DNA of 64,000 nucleotides from an uncultured Pseudobdellovibrionaceae bacterium (GCA_964502735.1 CAZCYD010000001.1:4584-68583); one strand, 5' to 3'. Shown: positions 8,890 through 19,554, counted from the first letter of the stretch. Numbers and translations are program-made. Notes: a model not told the origin generated them from the letters alone.

Positions 8890-9717
8890 TTAATTAACTG
8901 CTTTTTTTGGTGGAGCTACTTTCCGATTACCACTTGGTGCAGTCTTCTGCCGAGATGGCCGCGTGTATTTTTGACACTCCTCAAGTATCTTTACCGCCCT
9001 GAACACATTTTCTGATGCTCCATTCGCGGCTTCAGCAGGCAAGAGTCTACCAAGGTTTAGATGAAGACCCTCAGCCTTTAACTCATTAGCGTGCGCATGA
9101 ATAGTGCTGGTAATACTTTTTAGCTTTTCTGTACACTTATCCAATGGTATACCGTCAATAACCTTTAAATCATCTATTTTTGTACAAAGTCCGCTATCAT
9201 AAACCACATCTGTGTAAATTTTTTTTTCTTTTTTATCACCTGTTGAGTCAACGGCCTGTCTCTCATCAAGAATTCGATCTACGTAACACTCACCATTCTT
9301 TTCATTCATCACTACTCGACTCTCGGTGATTACCCATTCATAAGGTTTCTTTGGGAGCTTTCCTCCATCTAGTATTCGCTGATTTGCCTCATTTCTAGGG
9401 GCAAATTCATATTTATATGTAAGCGTTTTTGAAACAGAATCAAATATAACTTCATCCTCAGCCCATTTTTTATCACTTAATGTAGATGCGCCCAAAAATC
9501 CTGATTTAAATTTTATTTTTTGCGCCGATGGATCTGTACGATCTTCTGAAATTACTCTAAGCCTGTCTAAACTACTAACTCGCAACTGATTATTTTGGTC
9601 GATATTTATACTTATATCAATTGGGATTATGCTCTCAATATTTAGACAATCAAAACCAGATCCAAAAGTTGAAATACTCAACAAAGTCACTGCTGAAAAA
9701 AAGATAATTTTCATCAT
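8890..9717 (-). CDS. Secreted hypothetical protein
   Basis: Probable start is ATG at 9717, with GAGG 6 nt upstream, giving the signal peptide MMKIIFFSAVTLLSISTFGSG. The track ORF extends to 9801. I recognise no family. Confidence 0.6.
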   Translation of the reverse strand: MMKIIFFSAVTLLSISTFGSGFDCLNIESIIPIDISINIDQNNQLRVSSLDRLRVISEDRTDPSAQKIKFKSGFLGASTLSDKKWAEDEVIFDSVSKTLTYKYEFAPRNEANQRILDGGKLPKKPYEWVITESRVVMNEKNGECYVDRILDERQAVDSTGDKKEKKIYTDVVYDSGLCTKIDDLKVIDGIPLDKCTEKLKSITSTIHAHANELKAEGLHLNLGRLLPAEAANGASENVFRAVKILEECQKYTRPSRQKTAPSGNRKVAPPKKAVN

Positions 9718-9829
9718 ATTTACCTCAACTAAATTGGCATTGAAAGATAAACTTCTCACCACTAGCATATACTCTTTCAAGATTTCTACAATTAAATACA
9801 AGTTATATGGCTCTTGGTCCGGATAGGAT

Positions 9830-10597
9830 TCAAGAAAAATGCTGAGACAACTTAGCTCTCAATCTGGTTATAGCTTGTGCATGCAATTGAGAAACTCGAC
9901 TCTCTGTTACCCTAAGAATTCGTCCTATTTCCTTAAGATTTAGATCTTCATAATAATAAAGCGACAGCACCAGTCGCTGGCGCTCAGGTAAGTCTTCAAT
10001 AGATTGAGTTACTATTTCTTTAACTGATTTTAAGTTTAACTGATTAAATGGATTATTTATTTTACAACCATCAAGAAGGTTCAAAATAGACTGCTTATCG
10101 ACTGTACTAAAAGTCGCTTGTTCATCAATGGAGAGCACACTAACTGGCTTGACTTGATTAACAAGATCATAAAACTCTTCAATACTAATTTCTAATTTTT
10201 CAGCAATCTCTTCATCTGTAGCACTTCGCCCCAACTCCGCTTCTAATTGAATTAAAGTCCGATCTAAAAGTTTAGCCTTATCTCTAACGGATCTTGGCAC
10301 CCAATCTTGAGCTCTTAACTCATCCAAAATAGATCCACGAATTCTAAATTCAGCATAGGTTTTGAATTTGTTATCTCGAGTAGGATCATACTTCTCAATG
10401 GCATCCATCAATCCAATCACACCACTAGAAATTAAGTCATCTAACTCAATATTAGACGGTAGCCTGATGGCAATTTTCTGAGCTATAAATTTAATAAGTG
10501 GAGCGTACTCCATTATTAATTTATCTTTTTGCTCAGGTGTAAGCTTGTTAGGCTCTTCCTTATATTTTCTTAACAGATTACTGCTATTTTCAGCCAT
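9830..10597 (-). CDS. fliA: Flagellar sigma-28 factor FliA
   Basis: 255-aa sigma-70 family group 3 protein (regions 2-4: DDLISSGVIGLMDAIEKYDP, LKEIGRILRVTESRVSQLHAQA). It sits directly after flhF-flhG as the last gene of the flagellar export operon. Confidence 0.92.
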   Translation of the reverse strand: MAENSSNLLRKYKEEPNKLTPEQKDKLIMEYAPLIKFIAQKIAIRLPSNIELDDLISSGVIGLMDAIEKYDPTRDNKFKTYAEFRIRGSILDELRAQDWVPRSVRDKAKLLDRTLIQLEAELGRSATDEEIAEKLEISIEEFYDLVNQVKPVSVLSIDEQATFSTVDKQSILNLLDGCKINNPFNQLNLKSVKEIVTQSIEDLPERQRLVLSLYYYEDLNLKEIGRILRVTESRVSQLHAQAITRLRAKLSQHFS

Positions 10598-10657
10598 ATT
10601 TTTTCCACCCTTATAAACAGTCTATCAAATTGCATTTTTTCAATAAAGTCCTATTCT

Positions 10658-11479
10658 TTAGCAGGCTGGACGAACTAACTGCTCAAAGAAAAATTGCATA
10701 CCGCCTTTTGCATACTTCAAATCTCTAAAATTGCTGATCTTTCCAAATATATTTTGAATAGCTAAACTCGACGGAGATCCAGGATTAATATCAACAATTA
10801 ACTGTTGCGACTTTGTTGCCTCTCTCAGTTTTTGATCCATAGGAATAAAACCCAAATAATCCAAACTCACGCACAAAAACTTTTCAGCAACATCGCTCAA
10901 TCGTTTATAAATCCGCAAAGCTTCGTATTCATCCTGTACAAGATTGCAAACTACAGAAAATTTAGTTTCTTTGTGTTTTTGATTTAATACTTTTATCAGA
11001 GCATAAGAGTCTGTTAGGCTAGATGGGTCTGGCGTTACCATTACAACAATCTGTTGTGCAGCAGAGTTTAAATATAAAACATTATCAGCAATACCTGGAG
11101 CCGTATCAATTAGCATAAAGTCATACTTATTTTCTAACTGGCTAACCTGATCCAATAGGAGTTTTTTCTGGTAAAAATTGGTATTCTGGAGTTCGTAAAT
11201 TCCGCTCCCTCCTGGGATAAGGTCAATATTCGGTTCTATTGTGAAGACGGCTTCTTCAAGAAGTTTCTCTCCAGCCAAAACTTTGTCTATATAAATATTG
11301 GGCCTCACACCAAAAAAAACGTCGACATTGGCCATTCCCAAATCCCCGTCAAGAATCAAGACATTAAATCCCTGACCTGCTAATTGAGCCGCAAAATTAC
11401 AAACAAAACTCGTTTTGCCAACCCCCCCCTTGCCAGAAGTTACACTAATCGTTTTTGTAAAATTTTGACCATACTTCAT
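10658..11479 (-). CDS. flhG: MinD/ParA-type flagellar number regulator FlhG (FleN/YlxH)
   Basis: Deviant Walker A is SGKGGVGKTS. The position is immediately downstream of flhF. Confidence 0.9.
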   Translation of the reverse strand: MKYGQNFTKTISVTSGKGGVGKTSFVCNFAAQLAGQGFNVLILDGDLGMANVDVFFGVRPNIYIDKVLAGEKLLEEAVFTIEPNIDLIPGGSGIYELQNTNFYQKKLLLDQVSQLENKYDFMLIDTAPGIADNVLYLNSAAQQIVVMVTPDPSSLTDSYALIKVLNQKHKETKFSVVCNLVQDEYEALRIYKRLSDVAEKFLCVSLDYLGFIPMDQKLREATKSQQLIVDINPGSPSSLAIQNIFGKISNFRDLKYAKGGMQFFFEQLVRPAC

Positions 11480-12901
11480 TTAAGACCTCTTTCCTTGAAG
11501 TTTTGTTAATTTAAATAGTAAGTCTACAACACGCTCTTTCGTCGCCATTTCAAAATCCTCAGGTATATTGGCTCCGATACCAAAGGAGTGAAGTGGTAAG
11601 TTAAACTTATTTTGCAGATTTAAAATAATTCCATGTTGAGCAGAAATATCAACTCCCGTCACAATTAAATCTGTTGGGTGAACTGCCTGATATCTTTTAA
11701 GAGTTTCAACGGCATCAATATTTTTTGCTGTCGCTGACTGAACATAATGAATGGCAACCTCCCTATCACTAACTTTAGGCAATAAAGATGATAAATACTC
11801 GACTTCCATTTCTGACTTTAGAGACAATCCCGGAAAATCTACTAGGACATGATCAATGCCTGGCAATGCCTGTTCAATTTTTTCCCAATCATTTTGTTTT
11901 TTAATAATAATGAATGGTACATTAAGTATTCTGGCATAGATTTTTAACTGCTCCATAGATCCAACCTTATGTTGATCACAAGTTGCAATAGCTACATTTT
12001 TTTTCTTACAAATAGCAAAATAACTTGCCATTTTTACCAAACAAGCAGTCTTCCCATGCCCAGATGGACCAATAAATGCATGATATTTCTTTTCTGAAGA
12101 GCTTTTTTCACTAACTACATAAACTGTATCTAAAATATATTTTGCGACCCATGCGTTAACATATGCAGATCTCTTTAATTGATCTGGCGATAAGCTTTTC
12201 TGGGCTGTTTTAAGAATTTTCACAATTAGATCTTTATCTATTCCCTTTTTCTTTAGTTTGGTAAATATGGAGCTTAACTCAAATGGAATTCCTTCTGCTG
12301 CTCCAGGGTGCATGGTCACAAACGATTGTGGAACCTTTTGGAATTCAGAAATAACTCTTTTTAAATATGATATTTCCGCCTGCATAGCTCTTAATTTTAG
12401 TTGTTCTTCATCAAAATTAGACTTTTTTTCACTTCTTTCAAAAAATTGTTTTTTGGGTTTTTCCCCATCATTGATAAAGCTTGCAGCCTTGAAGGCTTCA
12501 GCAGCTGCAGACTTAATCCTTTGTTTTGAAGCTTCTTCAATAGAGGCTCTATCAGTCTCTTCATCGTCTATGTCTATGTATCGAGTGCTCGTTATTGGAG
12601 CTCTTTCATGCGCTTGAGAAATTCTTGTAAAAACTTTATCAATAAATTCTTTTTGCTTCGTGGCTGGTATTTCGGAGAATCTTCTTCTATTCATTTCATT
12701 AAGTTTTTTTTCAGCCAACTGTTTTTTCTTTAGTGTTAATTCAGAAACTGCCGCAGTAACTTCGACACTATTTCTTCCCGCTATACCAAATCCACCACCA
12801 ATATCCTTTGCAGATAAGATTATTGCCTCAGGTCCCAACTGGGATTTAATCATATTTAGAGCTTCTTTCATTGTACGAGCTTCGAATTTTTTAACCTGCA
12901 T
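11480..12901 (-). CDS. flhF: Flagellar biosynthesis GTPase FlhF (SRP-type)
   Basis: The SRP-GTPase G-domain is present (GPSGHGKTA, DFPG). The N-terminal B-domain is charged. The position is after flhA. Confidence 0.9.
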   Translation of the reverse strand: MQVKKFEARTMKEALNMIKSQLGPEAIILSAKDIGGGFGIAGRNSVEVTAAVSELTLKKKQLAEKKLNEMNRRRFSEIPATKQKEFIDKVFTRISQAHERAPITSTRYIDIDDEETDRASIEEASKQRIKSAAAEAFKAASFINDGEKPKKQFFERSEKKSNFDEEQLKLRAMQAEISYLKRVISEFQKVPQSFVTMHPGAAEGIPFELSSIFTKLKKKGIDKDLIVKILKTAQKSLSPDQLKRSAYVNAWVAKYILDTVYVVSEKSSSEKKYHAFIGPSGHGKTACLVKMASYFAICKKKNVAIATCDQHKVGSMEQLKIYARILNVPFIIIKKQNDWEKIEQALPGIDHVLVDFPGLSLKSEMEVEYLSSLLPKVSDREVAIHYVQSATAKNIDAVETLKRYQAVHPTDLIVTGVDISAQHGIILNLQNKFNLPLHSFGIGANIPEDFEMATKERVVDLLFKLTKLQGKRS

Positions 12902-14987
12902 TTGCCATCTCCACTATGCCAACAGAAGCAACACTAGCTTCTGCAGTAAGCTCATTATGGGATAATACTATTACCTGCGGTATGAATCTGGAAATTAACT
13001 TATATATGTGTCTACGAATAGTTGGACTAGTTAATAAAATTGGTTGTCCAGCAATTTCTGGGTGAGTTTCTATAGTATTTGCAACTTGAGATATTAGCTG
13101 CTGAGCTTGTCTCGGGTCCATAACCAATTGAACTCCTTGTTCTGTTTGTAAAAGTGAATTGGATACAAGCTCTTCGATGTCAGAGCTTAAAGTCATAACC
13201 TGCACAGCCCCTTCGTCATCCACATACTTAACCGTAATACTTCTTTTTAATCCTTTCCTAACAGCTTCAGTAAGTACATCTGTGTCTTTTGTTCTTTGAG
13301 ACTCATCTGCTAAAGTCTCAAAAATTGTAAGCAGATCACGGATAGACACCCTCTCTCTCAATAAGTTTTGTAACACACTCACAACTTGCCCTAGACTTAA
13401 CTGGTCAGGGATTAACTCCTCCACTACTTTTGGATATTGCTTTTTAAAATTATTTATTAAATTGTCTGCTTCCTGACGACCCATAAGCTCATGAGCGTGA
13501 TTTCTAATTATTTCAGTTAAGTGTGTTGCCATAACCGTCGGAAGATCAACAACCGTGTATCCAGCAATGTCAGCTTCTTCTTTTTGAGCTTTAGTTATCC
13601 ATATGGCATCTAATCCAAAGGCTGGTTCTTTAGTGGCAATTCCGTCAACTTCATGAACAACGTTACCAGGGTCCATTGCCAACAAACAGTCGGGCTTTAG
13701 TATTCCTCCAGCCACTTTATTACCCTTAATTAGAAATCTATACTCCCCGGCCTGGAGCTGTAAATTGTCTCGAATATGAATACTAGGAACAACAATACCC
13801 ATTTCTACAGCAAACTGCTTGCGGATACTTACAATTCTCTCGAGAAGATCTCCAGATTTATCTGATTCAACAATATTTATCAAACCGTAGCCAACTTCTA
13901 GCTCAACAAGATCTAAAGGGAGTAAATTCTCTACATTTTCTTTCTGAGGTTTTCTTGCCTCTTCTTCTTCTTTTAGAATTTCTAAATCCTCTTTTTCCTG
14001 ATCAAGTTTATAAACAAACCAAGCTATTCCTCCCATTATAGCCCCTATGAAAAAAAATGGGGCTGTTGGTAACCCTGGGATAATACCCAATGAAAATAAA
14101 ATCCCGGCAACAATCGCGATTGCTCTTGGTTGAACAAGAAGTTGCCCCGCAATGTCATCACTTATGTTCGAGTCTGATGAATTTTTAGTTACAACAATAC
14201 CTGCCGCTGTTGATATAATTAGAGCTGGAATTTGAGATACTAATCCATCACCGATAGTTAGCATTGTGTAGTTCTGCGCCGCTTGTGCTACACCCAAATT
14301 CATTTGAAAAACACCGACAATAAGACCACCAAAAATATTTACCAAAGTAATAATTATGCCAGCTATAGCATCTCCGCGAACAAACTTACTGGCACCATCC
14401 ATGGAACCGTAAAAATCAGCTTCCTTTTCGATTTCTCTTCGTCGCTTTCTAGCCTCATCTTCCGACAATAACCCGGCATTTAAATCAGCATCTATCGACA
14501 TCTGCTTTCCAGGCATTGCATCTAATGTGAATCTTGCAGCCACCTCTGCAACACGACCAGAGCCTTTGGTAATAACAACAAAATTTATGACTACAAGAAT
14601 AACAAATACAATAAGTCCAATAACATAGTTGTTTCCAACAACAAAATTTCCAAAAGCTGTAATCACCTCACCAACGGCACCTTCACCTTGATGCCCATTT
14701 GTCAAAATAAGACGAGTGGAGGCCACGTTTAAAGAAAGGCGAAACAGAGTTGTCATCAAAAGCAAACTAGGAAAAACACTAAAATCTAGAGACTTTTGTG
14801 AGTAAAGAGCTACCAACAAAATAAGTAGAGAAATAGTTAACGACAGAGTTAGAGAAATATCTAGTACAAAAGCGGGCAATGGTATTAACATAACCGCCAA
14901 AATCATAATCAGGCCAACGGCCATCATTAAATCCGTATTTTTGGCATACTTTTCGTATCTTTTTAAAAAATGAAATAAATCATTCAT
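12891..14987 (-). CDS. flhA: Flagellar export apparatus protein FlhA
   Basis: 698-aa FHIPEP family protein with conserved FVRGDAIAG and TM segments plus a C-terminal cytoplasmic domain. Confidence 0.97.
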   Translation of the reverse strand: MNDLFHFLKRYEKYAKNTDLMMAVGLIMILAVMLIPLPAFVLDISLTLSLTISLLILLVALYSQKSLDFSVFPSLLLMTTLFRLSLNVASTRLILTNGHQGEGAVGEVITAFGNFVVGNNYVIGLIVFVILVVINFVVITKGSGRVAEVAARFTLDAMPGKQMSIDADLNAGLLSEDEARKRRREIEKEADFYGSMDGASKFVRGDAIAGIIITLVNIFGGLIVGVFQMNLGVAQAAQNYTMLTIGDGLVSQIPALIISTAAGIVVTKNSSDSNISDDIAGQLLVQPRAIAIVAGILFSLGIIPGLPTAPFFFIGAIMGGIAWFVYKLDQEKEDLEILKEEEEARKPQKENVENLLPLDLVELEVGYGLINIVESDKSGDLLERIVSIRKQFAVEMGIVVPSIHIRDNLQLQAGEYRFLIKGNKVAGGILKPDCLLAMDPGNVVHEVDGIATKEPAFGLDAIWITKAQKEEADIAGYTVVDLPTVMATHLTEIIRNHAHELMGRQEADNLINNFKKQYPKVVEELIPDQLSLGQVVSVLQNLLRERVSIRDLLTIFETLADESQRTKDTDVLTEAVRKGLKRSITVKYVDDEGAVQVMTLSSDIEELVSNSLLQTEQGVQLVMDPRQAQQLISQVANTIETHPEIAGQPILLTSPTIRRHIYKLISRFIPQVIVLSHNELTAEASVASVGIVEMANAG

Positions 14988-14993
14988 ACTTCA

Positions 14994-16058
14994 TTACTTC
15001 CTTTTCTTTCTTAATCTGTATACATAAGATAAAACTTCAGCCACAGCGGTATACAACTCCTTGGGTATAATTTGACCAATCTTTAAAGTTTTATAAATTG
15101 TTCTAGCCAGTGGTTTATTTTCAATAATTGGAACCTTATTATCACGGGCAAGTTCTTTAATTTTTTCTGCTATTCGATCAGCACCTTTCGCCACGACGGT
15201 CGGAGCTGCCATATCTTTTGTATAACTCAAAGCAACAGCTATATGGGTTGGATTCGTAATGATTACGTCAGCCTTTGGAACACTGTCCATCATTCGTTTT
15301 TGGGACAACTCTCTCTGAACACGTCTTATTCTAGCTTTAATTAAGGGATCACCTTCTCTTGATTTATGCTCCTCTTTAACCTCTTGTTTTGTCATTCTCA
15401 TTTGTTTTTCTAAATCCCAGCGCTGAAACATAAAGTCGATACCGGCAAGAATAGCCATGAAGAAGCCAACAGCTCCAAATAACTTAAATACAATATTGCC
15501 TAAATATGTAAAAACCTGTTCTACAGAATAATCTACCAAATGTGGAATAATCATGATCTCAGATTGAATAATCAAATAGGCAATTGTAGAAACAAATATT
15601 AGTTTTAGTATGGCTTTTAATCCCTCAACTAATGATTTTAAACTAAAAATCCTTTTCATTCCTGAAACGGGATTAATTTTTTCAAATTTAATTTTTAACG
15701 CCTCTTCATTGGCTAGAAAACCAACTTGTACCACTGATGAAATAAAAGAAACTGCCCAGGTTATAATCGCTACTGGTGCTACAATCATTAGCGTTTTTTG
15801 CGCTGCAAACATAAAAGGTCCAGCCATATCCCCATTTTTTGCTGAACTAAAAACAAAACTTCCAAAGCTCATTTGAAAAACCTCAGTGATTTGTCCTAAA
15901 AAATATCTCCCCAAAAACCATATTGAAATAAGCGCTGTAAAAATAATAAGAACTGAAGCAATCTCTTTAGACTGAGCGACTTGACCACGCTTGCGAAAAT
16001 CTTCTTTTCGCTGTTGTGTAGGTTCTTCTGTTTTTTCACCCTGTTCTGAATCAGCCAT
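14994..16058 (-). CDS. flhB: Flagellar export switch protein FlhB
   Basis: 354 aa. The NPTH autocleavage motif (VIITNPTHIAVAL) is present, and the N-terminus EKTEEPTQQRKEDFRKRGQV is typical. Confidence 0.97.
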   Translation of the reverse strand: MADSEQGEKTEEPTQQRKEDFRKRGQVAQSKEIASVLIIFTALISIWFLGRYFLGQITEVFQMSFGSFVFSSAKNGDMAGPFMFAAQKTLMIVAPVAIITWAVSFISSVVQVGFLANEEALKIKFEKINPVSGMKRIFSLKSLVEGLKAILKLIFVSTIAYLIIQSEIMIIPHLVDYSVEQVFTYLGNIVFKLFGAVGFFMAILAGIDFMFQRWDLEKQMRMTKQEVKEEHKSREGDPLIKARIRRVQRELSQKRMMDSVPKADVIITNPTHIAVALSYTKDMAAPTVVAKGADRIAEKIKELARDNKVPIIENKPLARTIYKTLKIGQIIPKELYTAVAEVLSYVYRLRKKRK

Positions 16059-16065
16059 AAATTAA

Positions 16066-16851
16066 TTAAAACCCCTTTAGCATTTGGAACAATCTAGTTG
16101 CCGATATTTCTAGAAAGTCATTCATTTGGTATAGAAATAGCGGCAAAGAAACTAACATGACAAAGAATCCTATTAAAATATTAACAGGCAAACTTGTAAT
16201 CAAAACATTAATTTGAGGGACAGCTCTGCCGATAAGTGCCATCACTAAATTCATTAACAATATAGAAACTAGTACTGGTGCAGACATTTTAAATCCCATT
16301 TCAGTTACTTGCTGCACGACTACACCAAAATCACCAAAACCTTTTAAAGAAATAAATTGCTGATATACAGGAACAAGCGAGAAACTTTGATTTAGAGCTG
16401 TTAAAAACAAATGGTGCCCCTGGATAGCTAAGAAAAACAAGCTAGCCAAACCGACTAGAAATTGGTTTGTAGAACTTGAGTTTCCACCAACTGAGGGATT
16501 AAAAAGTTGAGCACTAGAGAGACCCATTGAAACTGTTATTATTTCACCAGCGACACTAAGAGTGTAAAAAAATAATCGCCCTAAATAGCCCAGGCTTACT
16601 CCAATAAACCCCTCTTTAAGTGCCAAAAACAATATGTGTAAAGAATCTAATCCCCCAACAAATTGATTATTGTGCAGACTCAGAGTAGGAAAGATCAAAA
16701 TAGATAACACTATACCTAACAAAACTTTAACTGGACCTGGCACTAGTTCTACTCCAAATACAGGCCATGAAACTACAAAGGCTGTCATTCTGATTAGAAC
16801 CAGAAAAAAAGCAAGGATTTCAAATTCATTAAACTCGTACAAACCTGGCAC
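16066..16851 (-). CDS. fliR: Flagellar export apparatus protein FliR
   Basis: 261-aa polytopic membrane protein between fliQ and flhB. Confidence 0.92.
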   Translation of the reverse strand: MPGLYEFNEFEILAFFLVLIRMTAFVVSWPVFGVELVPGPVKVLLGIVLSILIFPTLSLHNNQFVGGLDSLHILFLALKEGFIGVSLGYLGRLFFYTLSVAGEIITVSMGLSSAQLFNPSVGGNSSSTNQFLVGLASLFFLAIQGHHLFLTALNQSFSLVPVYQQFISLKGFGDFGVVVQQVTEMGFKMSAPVLVSILLMNLVMALIGRAVPQINVLITSLPVNILIGFFVMLVSLPLFLYQMNDFLEISATRLFQMLKGF

Positions 16852-17124
16852 TTACTCCCTCACATACAGAGAAATACTTTCAAACAAACCCGTAGTAAAA
16901 TTGCTTATGACATCCATCATCCATGGAGCTGCTATAATAAAAACAATTGCCACAATCGCCATCTTAGGAATAAAAGTTAAAGTGGCTTCATTAATTTGTG
17001 TTATAGCCTGAAACACACTTATAATTAAACCGATAACGAGAGCGCCAATAAGCATTGGCGAAGCAATAAGGGCTGTCGTCTTTAATGTCTCTTGGCCTAA
17101 TTTAAGAATTAACTCTTCTCCCAC
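16852..17124 (-). CDS. fliQ: Flagellar export apparatus protein FliQ
   Basis: 90 aa with two TM helices. A typical FliQ sequence is present (VISVFQAITQINEATLTFIPK). Confidence 0.95.
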   Translation of the reverse strand: MGEELILKLGQETLKTTALIASPMLIGALVIGLIISVFQAITQINEATLTFIPKMAIVAIVFIIAAPWMMDVISNFTTGLFESISLYVRE

Positions 17125-17165
17125 AATAACTCTCCAATGTCTTGATCTAAAACTTTTATCAAATA

Positions 17166-17924
17166 CTAACCAAAGCTTTTAACCAATGACCCAATTAATA
17201 AGTTCCATCCATCTACAAAAACAAAAAGCATGATTTTAAATGGCAACGATATCACTACCGGAGGTAACATCATCATACCCATTGCCATCAAAACACTTGC
17301 AGCCACCATGTCTATTACAAGAAATGGTAAATAAATAATGAAACCAATCTGGAATGCAGTTTTAAGCTCTGAGATTACAAATGCAGGAATAAGAACTACA
17401 CTGGACACATCTGCTCGAGTTTTTGGCTTCTCCATTTTTGATAAAGAGATGAATAAAGCCAAATCGTCATCACGAGTTTGATTAAACATGAAAGACCTAA
17501 GAGGAGCCATGGCTTTATCAAAAGCTTCTTCTTGTTTTATTTGACCATCAAGATAGGGTTGGATGGCTTCGTTATTAATAATCTGAAGAGCTGGCCCCAT
17601 TAAAAATAAAGTAATAAAAAGTGCTAGACCAATAAGAAGTTGATTCGGTGGCATTTGTTGAACACCAAGAGCTTGGCGAATAAATGAAAGCACAATAATA
17701 ATTCTCGTAAAGCTTGTCATCATTATAAGAATTGCTGGCGCTAACGTAAGCACCGTCAGGATAACAAGAATTTTTATTGCCCCCACGACTTCGCCGGGAT
17801 CATCTGTTGATTTCAAACCTAGATTAACATTAGGGAGCGTAAGCCCCTGCGCACTCGCATAACTTAGACTGAAAAAGCTAACAAGAATCAGCACTAATAA
17901 ATAAAAATATTTTTTTATTAACAC
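17166..17924 (-). CDS. fliP: Flagellar export apparatus protein FliP
   Basis: 252 aa with a signal peptide and conserved segments (MTSFTRIIIVLSFIRQALG, FKIMLFVFVDGW). Confidence 0.97.
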   Translation of the reverse strand: MLIKKYFYLLVLILVSFFSLSYASAQGLTLPNVNLGLKSTDDPGEVVGAIKILVILTVLTLAPAILIMMTSFTRIIIVLSFIRQALGVQQMPPNQLLIGLALFITLFLMGPALQIINNEAIQPYLDGQIKQEEAFDKAMAPLRSFMFNQTRDDDLALFISLSKMEKPKTRADVSSVVLIPAFVISELKTAFQIGFIIYLPFLVIDMVAASVLMAMGMMMLPPVVISLPFKIMLFVFVDGWNLLIGSLVKSFG

Positions 17925-17926
17925 AA

Positions 17927-19099
17927 TTATATATCCTTTAAATTTTTTAACTTTCCAGCAATTTGTTGTCTCAAATCTTTAACCAGATCAATATCAGGAG
18001 AGTAAGTTACTTTTTGCATTTTAACGTCATCATCTGGGCGATTATTTTCAAGATCTATTGTTTGATTAAAGTTCACTGGTAGATCTTCATTTATTTCATC
18101 ATCAATAAATGAAAGCGTCTTAATCATATTAATGTTGCTGTCTGTTACTCCAATTAATATAGATTCGCCGGCAACTCGAACGATGGCTAGGCTTTTTCTG
18201 GGGCCTAAATGATGTTGAGTAAGGACTTTAATTTTTGTGTTTTTGTCATTGATTTTATGATTCTTATTCCACCATCTAGCAAATACGAGAAGACCAGACG
18301 CAAATAACACAATAACAAATAAACTATATGCCAATCTTAATGCTGTAGATGACTCTGATTTCTGTACAGCCTCTTTTCTTTTAAAAACTGGAATGTCAGC
18401 TTCAGAAAGCTTTTCAGCAAAAAGTTTATCATCTGAAGACTTAGCGCTTTCAATTTTTTTGTTGGTTTTCTCTTGTGCATTTTTATTTTGAATTTTACCC
18501 TTCTCAATTTCGAAGGTTTCGAAAGCTACCTTTTTTTCAGGTAGGGACTTAGGAACTCCTGTTTCCTTTCTCAAAATGTCTTGCGCTGATTTTTCAATGT
18601 TTGAATTTACTACATTTGAATTTACTACACTTAGGGCTTTTTCTATATCCAATGGAGGTACGACTTCCACATCTTCAATTTTAGTTGATTTGATTTGATC
18701 AGGATTTAAAACTGCTATGGTAACAACTTTTCCCTTTTTAGATAATTTAACAAAGCCTTCAAAAGCTGAAGCCTCGATATGGTTATCGTAGATGATTCTA
18801 GTTCTTAAAGTGTCTTTATCGAATTGATAGCTATACACACTTTTTACATCATGATCATTTACTTTACTAAGATGTTTTCCACTGCGCACTGTCGCTTTTG
18901 GTATGTTAACTTGTACTGTCTGATTGATATACTCTACCAAGACATTTTCGAGATCCGGACTCTTATTAAAAATCAATTCTGCAACAAATCTATCTTCATC
19001 AAATTTTGTTGTAACTTTTTCTAGAATAGCAATAGCCCATGTGAAATGGGGTATAAACGCAATTATTACAAAAGAAACCATCCATAGTTTCATTGCCAA
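17927..19099 (-). CDS. fliO: FliO with a long N-terminal (probably periplasmic) extension
   Basis: The C-terminal part has a TM helix (AYSLFVIVLFASGLLVFARWW) followed by the FliO core (IKVLTQHHLGPRKSLAIVRVAGESILIGVTDSNINMI). About 250 residues precede it, starting with a signal/TM segment and a beta-rich AMIN-like stretch. The position is between fliN and fliP. Confidence 0.75.
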   Translation of the reverse strand: MAMKLWMVSFVIIAFIPHFTWAIAILEKVTTKFDEDRFVAELIFNKSPDLENVLVEYINQTVQVNIPKATVRSGKHLSKVNDHDVKSVYSYQFDKDTLRTRIIYDNHIEASAFEGFVKLSKKGKVVTIAVLNPDQIKSTKIEDVEVVPPLDIEKALSVVNSNVVNSNIEKSAQDILRKETGVPKSLPEKKVAFETFEIEKGKIQNKNAQEKTNKKIESAKSSDDKLFAEKLSEADIPVFKRKEAVQKSESSTALRLAYSLFVIVLFASGLLVFARWWNKNHKINDKNTKIKVLTQHHLGPRKSLAIVRVAGESILIGVTDSNINMIKTLSFIDDEINEDLPVNFNQTIDLENNRPDDDVKMQKVTYSPDIDLVKDLRQQIAGKLKNLKDI

Positions 19100-19113
19100 C
19101 TCCCTTATTAATT

Positions 19114-19545
19114 CTAAGCCAATTGCTCTACTCGCTCTGATGGCGAAATAATATCAGTTAATCTCACTCCGAATTTTTCGTTAACAACAACGGCTTCTCC
19201 ACGCGCAACCAATTTATCATTTACAAATACTTCCATGGGCTCACCGGCTAATTTACTCAATTCCACAACGCTACCTTGCCCTAAATTAAGCAGTTCATTA
19301 ACAACCATTTTTGTTCTGCCCAACTCAACAGTTACCTTTAATGGCACATCAAGAATAAGATCAAGATTCCTATCTTTTTCATTTTCTGGATTTTTCTTAG
19401 AGTCACCCCCATCAGATGGAGGTGTTTCTGCCGCGCTCTGATTCTCCTCTATGGATTCTACTGGATCATCTTCAAGCGATGCAGCGAGATTCTCCATTGC
19501 AGACAATTCATCTAATTTTTCAGCAGCATTTCCATCTTCTGCCAT
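19114..19545 (-). CDS. fliN: Flagellar motor switch protein FliN
   Basis: The C-terminal SpoA/FliN domain is present (LDVPLKVTVELGRTKMVVNELLNLGQGSVVEL...VNEKFGVRLTDI). Confidence 0.95.
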   Translation of the reverse strand: MAEDGNAAEKLDELSAMENLAASLEDDPVESIEENQSAAETPPSDGGDSKKNPENEKDRNLDLILDVPLKVTVELGRTKMVVNELLNLGQGSVVELSKLAGEPMEVFVNDKLVARGEAVVVNEKFGVRLTDIISPSERVEQLA

Positions 19546-19554
19546 AACCCCTCC

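Noticed and set aside
16210-16234. GCCGATAA (sigma-28 -10-like) on the plus strand inside fliR
   Set aside because: It is antisense to an operon, has no convincing TAAAGTTT block at the correct spacing, and has no downstream ORF.
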